Below, one piece after another: positions 30,398 to 39,570 of a DNA stretch of 64,000 nucleotides. The DNA is taken from positions 1 to 64,000 of IMG/VR virus record IMGVR_UViG_3300009149_000012; one strand, 5' to 3'. The notes below the pieces were generated by a model, which did no database searches, was not told the origin of the DNA, and worked only from the letters and a program-made list of their open reading frames with translations. The translations under genes were made by a program, and so were the position numbers. Source of the DNA: a virus. The stretch's first letter is position 1. Each line of letters starts with the position of its first letter.

Positions 30398-31740
30398 GTG
30401 ATGGTGCGACCACGAAGCTCGCGCTCATCCGGGATGCCAACCTTGTCTGTGATCTGAGCCGGCGCCGCTCGCTCGGGACCGATCTTCCGAATCTGATTGG
30501 CGGCGTGAAGCATTGGGTTGTCCACCGGAACACGGTATTTAACATCTAGCTCGTCAAGAAGCCCGACGGAGAAGTGTTGCTGCAACACCATACCCCGATT
30601 GGTCGGCATCCGCACGGGCCCAACCGAGTAGCGCTCACCATTGACCTTGACCACGAAGTCTCGCTGACTGACCAGCGGGCTTGGGCCTGTCCACACCTCA
30701 TAGGCGTGCTCTGTGGTGCGACCAACGTCCTTCTGTGCGATCCGACGTTCTGCGTCGTCAGGAGCGATGATGATGTCGTAGGGGCCCTCGTAGCCGCCCA
30801 CATAGCCCGTTCCAAAGCACGCCTCACAGTCATTGGCTGGACGTTGGATGCCACCACCGAGGGGAATGCAAGGACAGGGCACGCCCGTGTTCTTCCGAAG
30901 GAAGATCTTGACCCGCTCACCACCTTGAGCCAGCACCCACCGATTCCGACGAACTGACTCCCGCCAGATGTAATCGAGCTTCTCGATCTCTCGATTGCTC
31001 GTGGCTGCCGCATTCTCCAACGGGGTTTCCAGCAAGTCCTGTGGCATGACTGGCCGGTCGAGATCCACCCGGTAGCCCACGGCAGTCGCCCGATAGAATA
31101 CTCGCTGGCTCAAGTCCGTCCGAAGAAATGATCGGTTGTACCGGTAGGTACAGGTCACCACGCTGTTGGGGCCTGGGACCACAGGGCCATCGTTCTTCTG
31201 AGTCCCCACATTGGGGAAAGGAATGTTCACAAGCTCGACGGTTCCCTCACGTCCCTCCACACGAGCAACCGTGGCCTCAACCCCATCGACGAACACTTGG
31301 ACGTCCCGGGGATCCGTCGTGGGCACATTCTGGGAGGCGGGTATGACGATGGGGGTCTTCTGAACCCGAAAAACGTACCGACGTGGACCGCCCGCTGCCG
31401 CCGACCCTTGATCTGGGCACCCCATGACGAACTGGTCTGTCACATCCTCATCGAGTTGGAGGACGTTGTCCGTTTGGTCACGCCAGAAGAGTGACCCAAT
31501 TGGCATCTCGTTGATTCGCCAGAAGGGGCCGTACTCGCTATCGAACGACCGGTAGAGGTTCACCCCTGTCAGGATGAAATTACCGTTGACCGCTAGCTGA
31601 GCCGGGTCGTCCCAACGCAGGTCAAATACACCAGGTTGGTAACCGCTGGTTACAAACAGGTTGAGAGGCGCCAGGGGCCACGGAGACTCCTGGATCTCTA
31701 GGGGGTGTGGGGTTCGATCCCGTTGTGACGCGTAGGGCAT
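30376..31740 (-). CDS. Neck/head-closure protein
   Basis: GGERVKIFLRK...CPC...CEACFGTGYVGGY...WTGPSPLVSQRDFVV...RYSV; Fn3-like N-terminus. Confidence 0.6.
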   Translation of the reverse strand: MPYASQRDRTPHPLEIQESPWPLAPLNLFVTSGYQPGVFDLRWDDPAQLAVNGNFILTGVNLYRSFDSEYGPFWRINEMPIGSLFWRDQTDNVLQLDEDVTDQFVMGCPDQGSAAAGGPRRYVFRVQKTPIVIPASQNVPTTDPRDVQVFVDGVEATVARVEGREGTVELVNIPFPNVGTQKNDGPVVPGPNSVVTCTYRYNRSFLRTDLSQRVFYRATAVGYRVDLDRPVMPQDLLETPLENAAATSNREIEKLDYIWRESVRRNRWVLAQGGERVKIFLRKNTGVPCPCIPLGGGIQRPANDCEACFGTGYVGGYEGPYDIIIAPDDAERRIAQKDVGRTTEHAYEVWTGPSPLVSQRDFVVKVNGERYSVGPVRMPTNRGMVLQQHFSVGLLDELDVKYRVPVDNPMLHAANQIRKIGPERAAPAQITDKVGIPDERELRGRTITWENIVY

Positions 31741-31766
31741 GCCTTAAACGCGTCGTGATGAAAGCT

Positions 31767-32138
31767 TTAAGCTTTTGGGGCTGCGGCCGGGGCGGGAGCA
31801 CCGGCTTGAGGCTGCGGAGTCGGCATGGGGCCTTGCGGCTGGAGAGGCGACACGTTCCCGGTCTCGGCGTCGATCTTGATGGGCAGGTTTGGTGGAAGCC
31901 CACGCTCGGTGAGGATCTTGTCGAACATCTGCGTTTTCTCAGCGTCAATCCGGTTCGCCATCGCCATGAGTCGAACTTTTTCCTGTTCGACGTCGAGAAT
32001 GTTGCTACCGACCTGAAGCCGAGCTTCCTGGATCTGACGCAAACGGACGAGAGTGTCCTTGTCGATCGGATCCTTGATCGTGAGCCGGGGTTCAGTCGAC
32101 TCTTGTGCCTCTTGGGTCGTGTTCTGGTCTTCAGGCAT
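31767..32138 (-). CDS. Hypothetical coiled-coil protein
   Basis: GGAG RBS before ATG 32138. Confidence 0.6.
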   Translation of the reverse strand: MPEDQNTTQEAQESTEPRLTIKDPIDKDTLVRLRQIQEARLQVGSNILDVEQEKVRLMAMANRIDAEKTQMFDKILTERGLPPNLPIKIDAETGNVSPLQPQGPMPTPQPQAGAPAPAAAPKA

Positions 32139-32195
32139 GTTCATCTCCATTTGATCGGGGATTTTGAGGGTACCGGGCTGGCACCCTCGTGTCAA

Positions 32196-33158
32196 TCAGG
32201 ATGCGTCGGCGAACGTCTTGTTCATCTTGGTCGTGACTTCACCGATGCTGGAGGCCCACTCTTTAAAGTCCTCCCAAGCACCGCTGATCACGTCCCAGAC
32301 CTTGCGCATGAAGCCCCAAGCTTTATCGAGTGTCTCGGCGAGACCACCCTGCTTGTCGGCCGAAGCACTCTTGTACTTCGCCATTTGCTCGGCGCTGTAT
32401 TGGAAGTCACCGCCCGGGATGTCCATTCCCTCGACGAAACGCTCCTCAGCCTTGCGAAGATGCTCGATGACTTTCTTGACATCACCAAGCTCACGCAGTG
32501 CGAGCATCATGAGGAACTGGGCTTCCTTTTCGAACTCGACGGCCAAGATCTTCGACTTGTTGTACTTGTCGGAAGCCTCAACGAGATCTTCGAGCTTGTT
32601 GCTCGCGACTTCCATCTGCTTGAGGTACGTCGCGTGCTTGCCTTGGGCGGTCTTGAGCCACCGCTGCCGGTTCTTGCCCGCTCGGTCGGAAGGCGCTGCC
32701 ATCGCCGCCAAGTGCTGTTCGATCTTCTTCTGGGCGTCGTCGACCAACCGGTGAAGATGTCCGATGTCGAGTTGGACATCGTGGGTGGTTTGCTTCAGGT
32801 CGTCATGGAGCCCTTCGGAGACGAGTCGTTCCTTGACCCAATCCTCAATCACCTCACCGCTCGTGACACGCCACCGACCAGCGGTGCCAGTTCCGCCGCC
32901 ACCCTTCAGCATCTCGGGTGGGATCACAACGCCTTGGCGTTTGCACTTGTTGCGCCAGTGCTGAACCGCTGCCGCCCAAGACTTGCCGTTCTTGGGATCG
33001 AACCGATCCCCGGCTTTGGTGACGACGTACTTCCAGACGTTAAGTGTCTCGGGTGGAATTTCACCTTCGTCGACGCCCGCAACCATCCACTTGGGAGGTA
33101 CGAAGCGCGCATCGTAGGTATTCAGGAAGCGACCGGCAACTCTTTCAGCAAGTCCCAT
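32196..33158 (-). CDS. Hypothetical protein with N-terminal LAERVAGRF motif
   Basis: GGAG RBS before ATG 33158; helical. Confidence 0.7.
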   Translation of the reverse strand: MGLAERVAGRFLNTYDARFVPPKWMVAGVDEGEIPPETLNVWKYVVTKAGDRFDPKNGKSWAAAVQHWRNKCKRQGVVIPPEMLKGGGGTGTAGRWRVTSGEVIEDWVKERLVSEGLHDDLKQTTHDVQLDIGHLHRLVDDAQKKIEQHLAAMAAPSDRAGKNRQRWLKTAQGKHATYLKQMEVASNKLEDLVEASDKYNKSKILAVEFEKEAQFLMMLALRELGDVKKVIEHLRKAEERFVEGMDIPGGDFQYSAEQMAKYKSASADKQGGLAETLDKAWGFMRKVWDVISGAWEDFKEWASSIGEVTTKMNKTFADAS

Positions 33159-33214
33159 GTGACATCTCCATGCCCTGAACCAATGCATAAGAGCCTTATG
33201 AGATACCTTGGGGC

Positions 33215-33685
33215 ATGAATTCGAAAGCCGTGGCCGCTCGTCTTCGGGCCCTTGCTGTAAGCTTGGACCAAGGGGCGATCGTTCCTAAACAACATGTCGT
33301 GTCTGTCCTAGCCGAGCTTCGAAATGACTTGGGGACCACCCGAACGGCGGCAAGTTCGGTCAAGCTCGACCGCTCGACTCTCCGAGACGTCAACCGGAAG
33401 CTTGACCGTGAAGGGCTGGACGGTCGAAAGCCCTTCCGTAGCTTCGGACTCGGGCTCGGTGAAATCGTCGACGTGCTGGGTCGGGAAGGCATCTTCATTG
33501 ATGACGTCATCCAAAAGCCCAGGTCGCCCGGGGGACAAAACACCTTCCCCTTGCGCCGTAAGTGGCCCTTGGAGAACTTCGGTGCTTTTGACCCAGGAGA
33601 TATCGTGGGCAACTCAATGCTCACGCTCTCATGGCACCAGTTCGAAGAGACCGGCAATTGGGAGATGATTGCCTACCTCAGCTAG
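33215..33685 (+). CDS. Hypothetical protein
   Basis: 156 aa, divergent from 33158; N-terminus SKAVAARLRALA. Confidence 0.65.
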   Translation: MNSKAVAARLRALAVSLDQGAIVPKQHVVSVLAELRNDLGTTRTAASSVKLDRSTLRDVNRKLDREGLDGRKPFRSFGLGLGEIVDVLGREGIFIDDVIQKPRSPGGQNTFPLRRKWPLENFGAFDPGDIVGNSMLTLSWHQFEETGNWEMIAYLS

Positions 33686-34310
33686 GGTCCTTGGGCGGCA
33701 ACGTCTTTCCCTCTGGAAGAGTCGGTGGCTCTTCCGACCACACAGCATTCATAGACTGACGGGGGCGCCGAACGATGTCGTCCACCGCTTTCCAATACCA
33801 GTCGTCCATTGGCTTGAGAAACGGCCACATCCACCCGTAACGACCCGTCGTGAACTGCTTGAGGAAGTGCTGCCGGTACGTCTCGGAGTACAAGATGCTC
33901 TGTCCGTGCCGGACATATGCCAAACGCATCGTCTCCGTGTACGCCTCCTTTTCGAACTTGGCCCGGTAGTAGGCGAGCCCAAGCGAGAAGAGCACGAGCA
34001 AGTACAGGACCATGTACAGGGGAAAGGTGTACTTATCGCTCTGGCGCATGTGGATCCGTTCATGCCGCAAAAGCGATTCTTTCGAATAGACCGGCCACAG
34101 GTCCCAAGCCTCAGGGGTGTAGACCGTGTAGCGGATCACCGTGGTGTAGTCCGACATGAAGGACTTTTGACTGCCGAACGTCAGGACGAGCAAGATCTTG
34201 CTGAGAAGCCACATGAAACGGCTGTCAGCCTTGCGAACGAGCTTGAACTTGGGGAACTCTTGCAAGATCTCGTCAAGCAAAAGCTGGAATTTCTCACTGT
34301 CAGTAGGCAT
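33678..34310 (-). CDS. Putative membrane-associated HExxH metallopeptidase-like protein
   Basis: LLRHERIHMRQ...FEKEAY with hydrophobic segments. Confidence 0.6.
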   Translation of the reverse strand: MPTDSEKFQLLLDEILQEFPKFKLVRKADSRFMWLLSKILLVLTFGSQKSFMSDYTTVIRYTVYTPEAWDLWPVYSKESLLRHERIHMRQSDKYTFPLYMVLYLLVLFSLGLAYYRAKFEKEAYTETMRLAYVRHGQSILYSETYRQHFLKQFTTGRYGWMWPFLKPMDDWYWKAVDDIVRRPRQSMNAVWSEEPPTLPEGKTLPPKDPS

Positions 34311-34373
34311 GATGCACCTCACTTAAGCGGTCCGAAAAGTGGATCCAAGCAAGGACATTCCAGGAAAGTCTGA

Positions 34374-34607
34374 GTGACCATGATTCACGTCGAGTTGCGC
34401 AGCTACTTCGAAGGGCCCACCATCGGAATGGCGGAAATGGAGTCGCTCCCAGTCCCCCCGATGGTGGGAGACATCATCACCTTGCCAAAAGTCCATGGGC
34501 AATTCCGTGTGGATTGTCGGTGGCTCGATATCCGACACGGGATGACCAATCTCGTCCTGGCGGTCACGGAGATCAAGCGCAAAGGAATTTCTTGGGACAT
34601 CGATTGA
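34374..34607 (+). CDS. Small hypothetical protein
   Basis: 77 aa, beta-rich (PVPPMVGDII...FRV). Confidence 0.5.
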   Translation: MTMIHVELRSYFEGPTIGMAEMESLPVPPMVGDIITLPKVHGQFRVDCRWLDIRHGMTNLVLAVTEIKRKGISWDID

Positions 34608-34637
34608 TTGAGACCAAGCTCACGCCTTAGAGGGTGC
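34604..34637 (+). promoter_or_regulatory. Class A promoter motif
   Basis: TTGATT GAGACCAAGCTCACG CCTTAG AGGGTGC ATG. Confidence 0.75.
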
Positions 34638-34802
34638 ATGCAGACCGGAACCAAAGCCCTTCGCCAGACCGACACCAAAGCATGGGTTCAGCGTCATGGA
34701 GGCGGGTCGGCCAAGCGCCGTCGGTCGGCCGCTCGCTGCGAGAAGGCAATCGAGACCGCTACTCGTCGGGCTGGTAAGGCCGCTTGCAAGGAGACCTTCT
34801 GA
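34638..34802 (+). CDS. Small basic protein
   Basis: ATG at the class A motif position (MQTGTKALRQ...). Confidence 0.6.
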   Translation: MQTGTKALRQTDTKAWVQRHGGGSAKRRRSAARCEKAIETATRRAGKAACKETF

Positions 34803-34803
34803 G

Positions 34804-35088
34804 ATGGCTGCGACCCTCACCCAAGCCCAACGCAACGACATCTGGCGGCTGGCGCAGCCGGAAGCTGAGAAGAACGGCCTGTTCTTCTACGAACAAAATG
34901 GGACAGACGAGCACCTTGAGGCTCTCGAATCCCTTGGGCTGATCACGTTCCGGTCGGCCACGCACTACTTTGCCTTCTCCAATGGCGAGCTTGGCGAAGA
35001 GGACGGCTTCCTGGTCAACATCACCGAAAAGGGCCGCAAATCCTATGAGCTTGCTGCCGCCGCTGGGCTGCACTCAGCTAGCACCTGA
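34804..35088 (+). CDS. Small hypothetical protein
   Basis: GGAG RBS, then MAATLTQAQRNDIW. Confidence 0.6.
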   Translation: MAATLTQAQRNDIWRLAQPEAEKNGLFFYEQNGTDEHLEALESLGLITFRSATHYFAFSNGELGEEDGFLVNITEKGRKSYELAAAAGLHSAST

Positions 35089-35955
35089 AGCTCCAATGAA
35101 CGCCCGGGGGGTCAAAACCCCTCGACCCACGTAAGGTCCGAACGCCGACCTGATCCCGATGCCGTACTTCGGTTGCTGTACGCCTCGGATGATCTTCACG
35201 GTCTGCTTGGCCTTTTCGAGCATGTCGTTGAACTGATCGTTGGCCGAGTTGGCAGCGGCTTCGTATTTGCTGCTCCGCTCGATCGACAAGGAAATGCCGC
35301 CAATCGAGTAGTCGAATTCGTCGGCGATCCAGTTGATTTGGAGCGCTCGAAGGGCCCAGATCATGCCGCCCGTCAAAACGAGCGTGCGCCATTCGGGCCG
35401 AGACTGCATGAGGTGGTCGAGCGATCCGAACGGCGTGCGAGGGGGCGCAGCAATCGCCATGTCGAGCCCACGTTGGATGTACTCCAGAAGCTCTTCGTCC
35501 TCCCAGATGAACCCAAAGACCCTGTTGTATTGCTGGATCGTCTCTTCATGACTCGGCGGGCGGAAATGGTAGTTTCGGTCAGGGCAATTTGAGACGAGCA
35601 TCCCTGACTTATGAAGATAGAAATTGTGCCAATCCTCAGCCGTCAAGTCGTACATATACCGCCTTGGAGCCAAGGGCTTGATAGACATCACCTTTGCCCC
35701 CACGACGTCCGCACCAGAAGCCAACTTCCCAGCTTCAACCTTGGAAGTAGGGGACGTGAAAACCCGGTGACCCCATGTCAGAACGGAAGCCCCTCGGGTT
35801 GTGGTCACCTCAACAATGGTCTCTGGGCCAACTTCAACTCGATGTACATCGAGCACCCGCTTCCAATCTTCTGACCCTTCAGGAGACTTGGAACGAACCC
35901 TCAATGTACCAGCTTGAAAAGCCGCCTTGATCTTATCCTTCTGTGCCGTGTCCAA
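35074..35955 (-). CDS. C-terminal half of a split gene: IntC (about 123 aa) plus C-extein of a putative neck/adaptor protein
   Basis: Intein block B TWGHRVF, block F MYDLTAEDWHNF, block G LVSN/C (Asn 35589-35587). TTG start at 35955 after GGAGAAGGA. Confidence 0.8.
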   Translation of the reverse strand: MDTAQKDKIKAAFQAGTLRVRSKSPEGSEDWKRVLDVHRVEVGPETIVEVTTTRGASVLTWGHRVFTSPTSKVEAGKLASGADVVGAKVMSIKPLAPRRYMYDLTAEDWHNFYLHKSGMLVSNCPDRNYHFRPPSHEETIQQYNRVFGFIWEDEELLEYIQRGLDMAIAAPPRTPFGSLDHLMQSRPEWRTLVLTGGMIWALRALQINWIADEFDYSIGGISLSIERSSKYEAAANSANDQFNDMLEKAKQTVKIIRGVQQPKYGIGIRSAFGPYVGRGVLTPRAFIGASGAS

Positions 35956-36865
35956 AATCCTTCTCCGTCCAGACCAGGAAGTCCCACCCCATTGTGGATG
36001 CATAAGAGGAAGCCTCACGAAGCCTGTGTTGAACCTTGTGTGTTTCAGGCAAATCCAGCACCCAACTAGCCTTAACCTCAAGTAAAACCAAGTGATCATC
36101 CGTGTAGGTCACAACAAAGTCAGGCAGAATCCATCGCCCTGACGGAAGTTTGACCCTTGGCTCGAACACATAGGTTTTCACGTCAGGGTCTTCATCGAGA
36201 AGCGTGACCACGATACGTTCGTAACTACTACGGGTCCAGATCCTTGGCTTTGAACACTTCAGAGGTTCCACCCAAGCTCCTCGCCCCCTAGACCATTTCA
36301 CTGGGTCTTCGATCATGCGACGAGATTGAGCCTTGGACCTTCTCAGCCGCTCTTCTTCAGAACGATGGAAAGCCAGCAAATGGGCTCTTTCTTCTGGCCG
36401 CTGCCACCGACGAAGAGCCGACATGCGGCGACGCTCACGAACTTCGGGTCTTTGGTTCGCCAGCCGAAGAGTCTCTCGTTCCTCTGGAGACCGAATTTTT
36501 CCTCTATGGAAGTCGAATTTACCGTCTGCCCAATCTGCCCGAAGACTTTCCGACAACCAGGGCTTCTTCCGACCACGCCCCGCTCTACCCACACGAGCGG
36601 CATTTTCAACACGATTTGCTTGGGAAGCAGGGTTCCCGGTGGCCTGGGTGAGACGCTGGATCCCCATCAAGGAGAGACCCGTCAACCTGGACATTTCAAG
36701 CCAAGGCATACCGGCCTCATGTAGCTCGGTCACCAAGGCCCTACGTTTTTCGGCCACACCTTTGGGAGGACGACCCTTTTTCTGAAGTATCTCCCAAGAC
36801 AGTCCGTGTTTTTCAAGCAGGGGTGCCAGTTCAGGGGGTGCCGTGGATGGTTTCCCAGAGGTCAC
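35933..36865 (-). CDS. Free-standing homing-type endonuclease (HTH, basic linker, TnsA-like PD-(D/E)xK)
   Basis: RSSYERIVVTLLDEDPDV...EP...ILPDFVVTY...LLEVKASW...WTE; lies between the intein halves. Confidence 0.75.
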   Translation of the reverse strand: MTSGKPSTAPPELAPLLEKHGLSWEILQKKGRPPKGVAEKRRALVTELHEAGMPWLEMSRLTGLSLMGIQRLTQATGNPASQANRVENAARVGRAGRGRKKPWLSESLRADWADGKFDFHRGKIRSPEERETLRLANQRPEVRERRRMSALRRWQRPEERAHLLAFHRSEEERLRRSKAQSRRMIEDPVKWSRGRGAWVEPLKCSKPRIWTRSSYERIVVTLLDEDPDVKTYVFEPRVKLPSGRWILPDFVVTYTDDHLVLLEVKASWVLDLPETHKVQHRLREASSYASTMGWDFLVWTEKDFGHGTEG

Positions 36866-37319
36866 GGATAGTGGTTACCATTTTCTCACCATCCACGTCA
36901 AGCTCGACGGTCTCTTCTCCACCCACACAGTTATCCCTCAAAAGGATCCGGAGCCGGCGAATGAAGTCCTCTTCCACGCACGACATGGCGGTCACGCATT
37001 CAATCGTGCGGTCCACCACTTCAAATTCTTGAACAACCTGTTGGATCGGGCCGTTGACGAACTCTCGGAAGCTCCACCGAATCCGGTACTCGCCGATGTT
37101 GGCGTCGAGGGGGACCACAATGCTGGAGTAGTATTCTCCCACAGCAGGATGAGCCGGGGTGCGCCGGGGAACCCCAAGCAACACCTCTTGCCCTGCCGTG
37201 AAGTCATACAGGGCGTACGTGATCTCGGCAGCGTCGATGGGATGGTTCTGTGCGCTTTCGAGGAAGATGTTGAGGTCTTCCCGGCCTAGCTGCTGTCCTC
37301 GGTAGTACGCTGTTCCCAT
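36831..37319 (-). CDS. N-terminal half of a split gene: 130-aa N-extein plus 32-aa IntN
   Basis: ...LRILLRDN/CVGGEETVELDVDGEKMVTTIRDLWE (intein block A, Cys1 at 36929-36927), then stop. Confidence 0.8.
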   Translation of the reverse strand: MGTAYYRGQQLGREDLNIFLESAQNHPIDAAEITYALYDFTAGQEVLLGVPRRTPAHPAVGEYYSSIVVPLDANIGEYRIRWSFREFVNGPIQQVVQEFEVVDRTIECVTAMSCVEEDFIRRLRILLRDNCVGGEETVELDVDGEKMVTTIRDLWETIHGTP

Positions 37320-37320
37320 T

Positions 37321-37965
37321 CTAGTCGTCCAACGCTTCTTCTTCTTTGCGCAGACCCTTCAGGCGATTGTCGAAGCCATTGAACGCCTTTTCGGTGGCCT
37401 TCTGCATCTTTTTGGCCTTCTCACGGGTCTTCGAGATCAGTTCCGTGTAGTCGGATGGAACGCGTCCATTGGTCTGATCCTTGTTGTCCTTCATGACCTG
37501 CTCAAGCTCGTTCAATTCCTTGAGCAGGCCACTGTAGAACGAATCAGCTTCTTTTTCCTGGTGGTTGCCAAACTCGGGCCAGCCCTGTTCATTCTGCATC
37601 TTGCCAATGTTGGGCATTTTGTCTGACAGATCACGAATGTACTTGTTGGGGAGATCCTTCAGATCCTCAACCTCGTTCGACCACAAAGCATGGTCCCCCC
37701 GGGCCTCGGACAGTTCGTCTTTGAACTCCCAATCACTGGCGCTGTGAGCGTCGTCAATTTCGCTCCGGGTGCGAGGCTTCTTTTTCTCGGCAGGCTTGTC
37801 CTCACCCTTGGGCTCGTCCCCGCCCTGTTCCTTGACATGGTGCTTGGACTTATCAGCGTCAGGATGCTCGTGAAGATACTTTTTGAGCGCTTCAGGATTC
37901 GCGTGCTCCATAGACAAACCAAGGAAGCGAGCTACAACGCGTCGCGCAATTTTCTCATCACTCAT
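37321..37965 (-). CDS. Charged protein with N-terminal IARRVVARF motif
   Basis: Highly charged ORF within the operon. Confidence 0.7.
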   Translation of the reverse strand: MSDEKIARRVVARFLGLSMEHANPEALKKYLHEHPDADKSKHHVKEQGGDEPKGEDKPAEKKKPRTRSEIDDAHSASDWEFKDELSEARGDHALWSNEVEDLKDLPNKYIRDLSDKMPNIGKMQNEQGWPEFGNHQEKEADSFYSGLLKELNELEQVMKDNKDQTNGRVPSDYTELISKTREKAKKMQKATEKAFNGFDNRLKGLRKEEEALDD

Positions 37966-39170
37966 AACCAACCATACTTTCGGGTTCGGGGCAAGCCGTC
38001 ACTGAGATCGGAACACAAGGTTGCATCACAGACTCGGAACGGCATCATCTTCTCAAAGGCGGGGCTACAAGAGGATTTGCGGTACTTCCATGTGATACGC
38101 CAGTTGCCAGGCTGACTCTCCCAGCCTGCAAACCCGGCGACATGGAATTCCCCGTTGCCATCCCGAACCGGGATCTGGTTGCCAGGGCCCACGCAGACCC
38201 ATCCGCCGTGGTGCTGCATGCACAAGGTGTAGGTCACCTCGTAGGGCTCGACGTTGCCATCGAACCAGATCGCCAAATCCCCACGCTGCAAAAGCTGCCC
38301 GTAGCGAAAGCCTTCCGGGATCAACGAACAGATCGGCGTCAGGTCATCCACCACCATGTGGGCCGAAACGTTCGAAGTGCCGTGGACAATGCCGGGGACC
38401 GATAGGATCGCGCTGCTGTGGCCAACCACCTGACCGGAGGCGAGAATGAACATCGAGACGTCGCCTGTGAGCATCGACGATCCGAAGATCAATCCACCCA
38501 CAGCCAATTGGTTTTCGATGACAGCCGTGCCGGTGCCGTAGAGGTGTCCACCCACGAGCAAGTCTACCCAGATGGTACCTGCTATCGAAGAGGTTCCGCT
38601 TGCGGTCCCTCCCGCTGCAAGGGTCATCCGGTCGGCCACCATAGCAACGGCATCCCCAAGCGACACGCCATGAGCCGAGATCTGGGTCGTGATTGGCGCT
38701 GACAGGGAACTGTTGCCCACCATGAAGGCGTAAACCTTGGCGGGTGACCCAAGATATGCTGCAAGGGCCGAGTTGCCTTGGAGGGGCTGTGGGAGCGACA
38801 GGAGCCATGTTCCGGCGAGGGGTGCCGAAAGCGATCCGTCCCCAGCTAGGTCTGCCCGGGCTCCGAACGTCGCTGACAGGGTTGTCTCCGTGGTGGCTTC
38901 CCCTTCGAGAGACGTGGACAGCCCTCGGAGTCTGACCCCTCCCGCTGCAACCCCTGAATTGCCCCCCAACGCAGCGCCCACAGAGTGCAGTTTTCCCAGA
39001 AAGGGCGTGAGGGTGGACCCGCCCGCCATCCCCACTGCAATTGGAGTTACCGCCGCCGCTTGGGCTACAAGTTCACTCCCCCCACTCAAATCCGCCGACG
39101 CCGCTCGCACCCCAACGATTGACCCGAGAAGGGTCGCACCGTTCACAGAGATGCCAGTTACGTCAACCAC
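37962..39170 (-). CDS. Gly/Ser/Ala-repeat virion protein with a C-terminal beta-sandwich domain
   Basis: About 20-aa L-x-G-x-S-x-L repeats; the C-terminus resembles the N-extein of 36831..37319. Confidence 0.6.
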   Translation of the reverse strand: MVDVTGISVNGATLLGSIVGVRAASADLSGGSELVAQAAAVTPIAVGMAGGSTLTPFLGKLHSVGAALGGNSGVAAGGVRLRGLSTSLEGEATTETTLSATFGARADLAGDGSLSAPLAGTWLLSLPQPLQGNSALAAYLGSPAKVYAFMVGNSSLSAPITTQISAHGVSLGDAVAMVADRMTLAAGGTASGTSSIAGTIWVDLLVGGHLYGTGTAVIENQLAVGGLIFGSSMLTGDVSMFILASGQVVGHSSAILSVPGIVHGTSNVSAHMVVDDLTPICSLIPEGFRYGQLLQRGDLAIWFDGNVEPYEVTYTLCMQHHGGWVCVGPGNQIPVRDGNGEFHVAGFAGWESQPGNWRITWKYRKSSCSPAFEKMMPFRVCDATLCSDLSDGLPRTRKYGWL

Positions 39171-39185
39171 ACTTTACTTTCCAGA

Positions 39186-39569
39186 CTAGTCTTCCTGGAC
39201 AATTAACTGTCCTACCGGGAATTTGATCTGATCGTTGATCTGCACGTCCCGGGTTGCCGTGAGATTGCCGTAATACAACATGTTCCCCGCCGCAGCGGCA
39301 TCCATGATGGCGAAGGCAACAACGATCCCCCATGGAGCCGATGCGACAGGAAAGATCAAGTCTGCGCTGTTGGAAACGGTGCCACCACTCGGAACGGAGA
39401 AAACCACCGTCTGGCGTGTGTAGCCACCACCGGTAACTTCGGTGCCGCCGCCCGTCTCGGTTGGAGCAACCGTGAACAGGGCGATATACACCGCAGCCGG
39501 GGACGAATACGAGATGGCACGGAGGACGTGGTTGAGGAGAACCTCTTCGAGGTAGTTCGTCTTGGACAT
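39186..39569 (-). CDS. Small tail-fibre-associated protein
   Basis: YLEEVLLNH...YIALFTVAP...GTEVTGGGYTRQ...FP...WG...DAAAAGNMLYYG; paralog of 40703..41125. Confidence 0.7.
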   Translation of the reverse strand: MSKTNYLEEVLLNHVLRAISYSSPAAVYIALFTVAPTETGGGTEVTGGGYTRQTVVFSVPSGGTVSNSADLIFPVASAPWGIVVAFAIMDAAAAGNMLYYGNLTATRDVQINDQIKFPVGQLIVQED

Positions 39570-39570
39570 G

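Noticed and set aside
952-31740. Bacterial eCIS, tailocin or T6SS locus
   Set aside because: Neck and head-closure-like genes, homing endonucleases, small phage-type accessory genes and the lack of housekeeping genes favour a phage.
35933-36865. Group I intron interrupting the neck gene
   Set aside because: ORFs overlap at both junctions with no non-coding core, and intein motifs explain the split.
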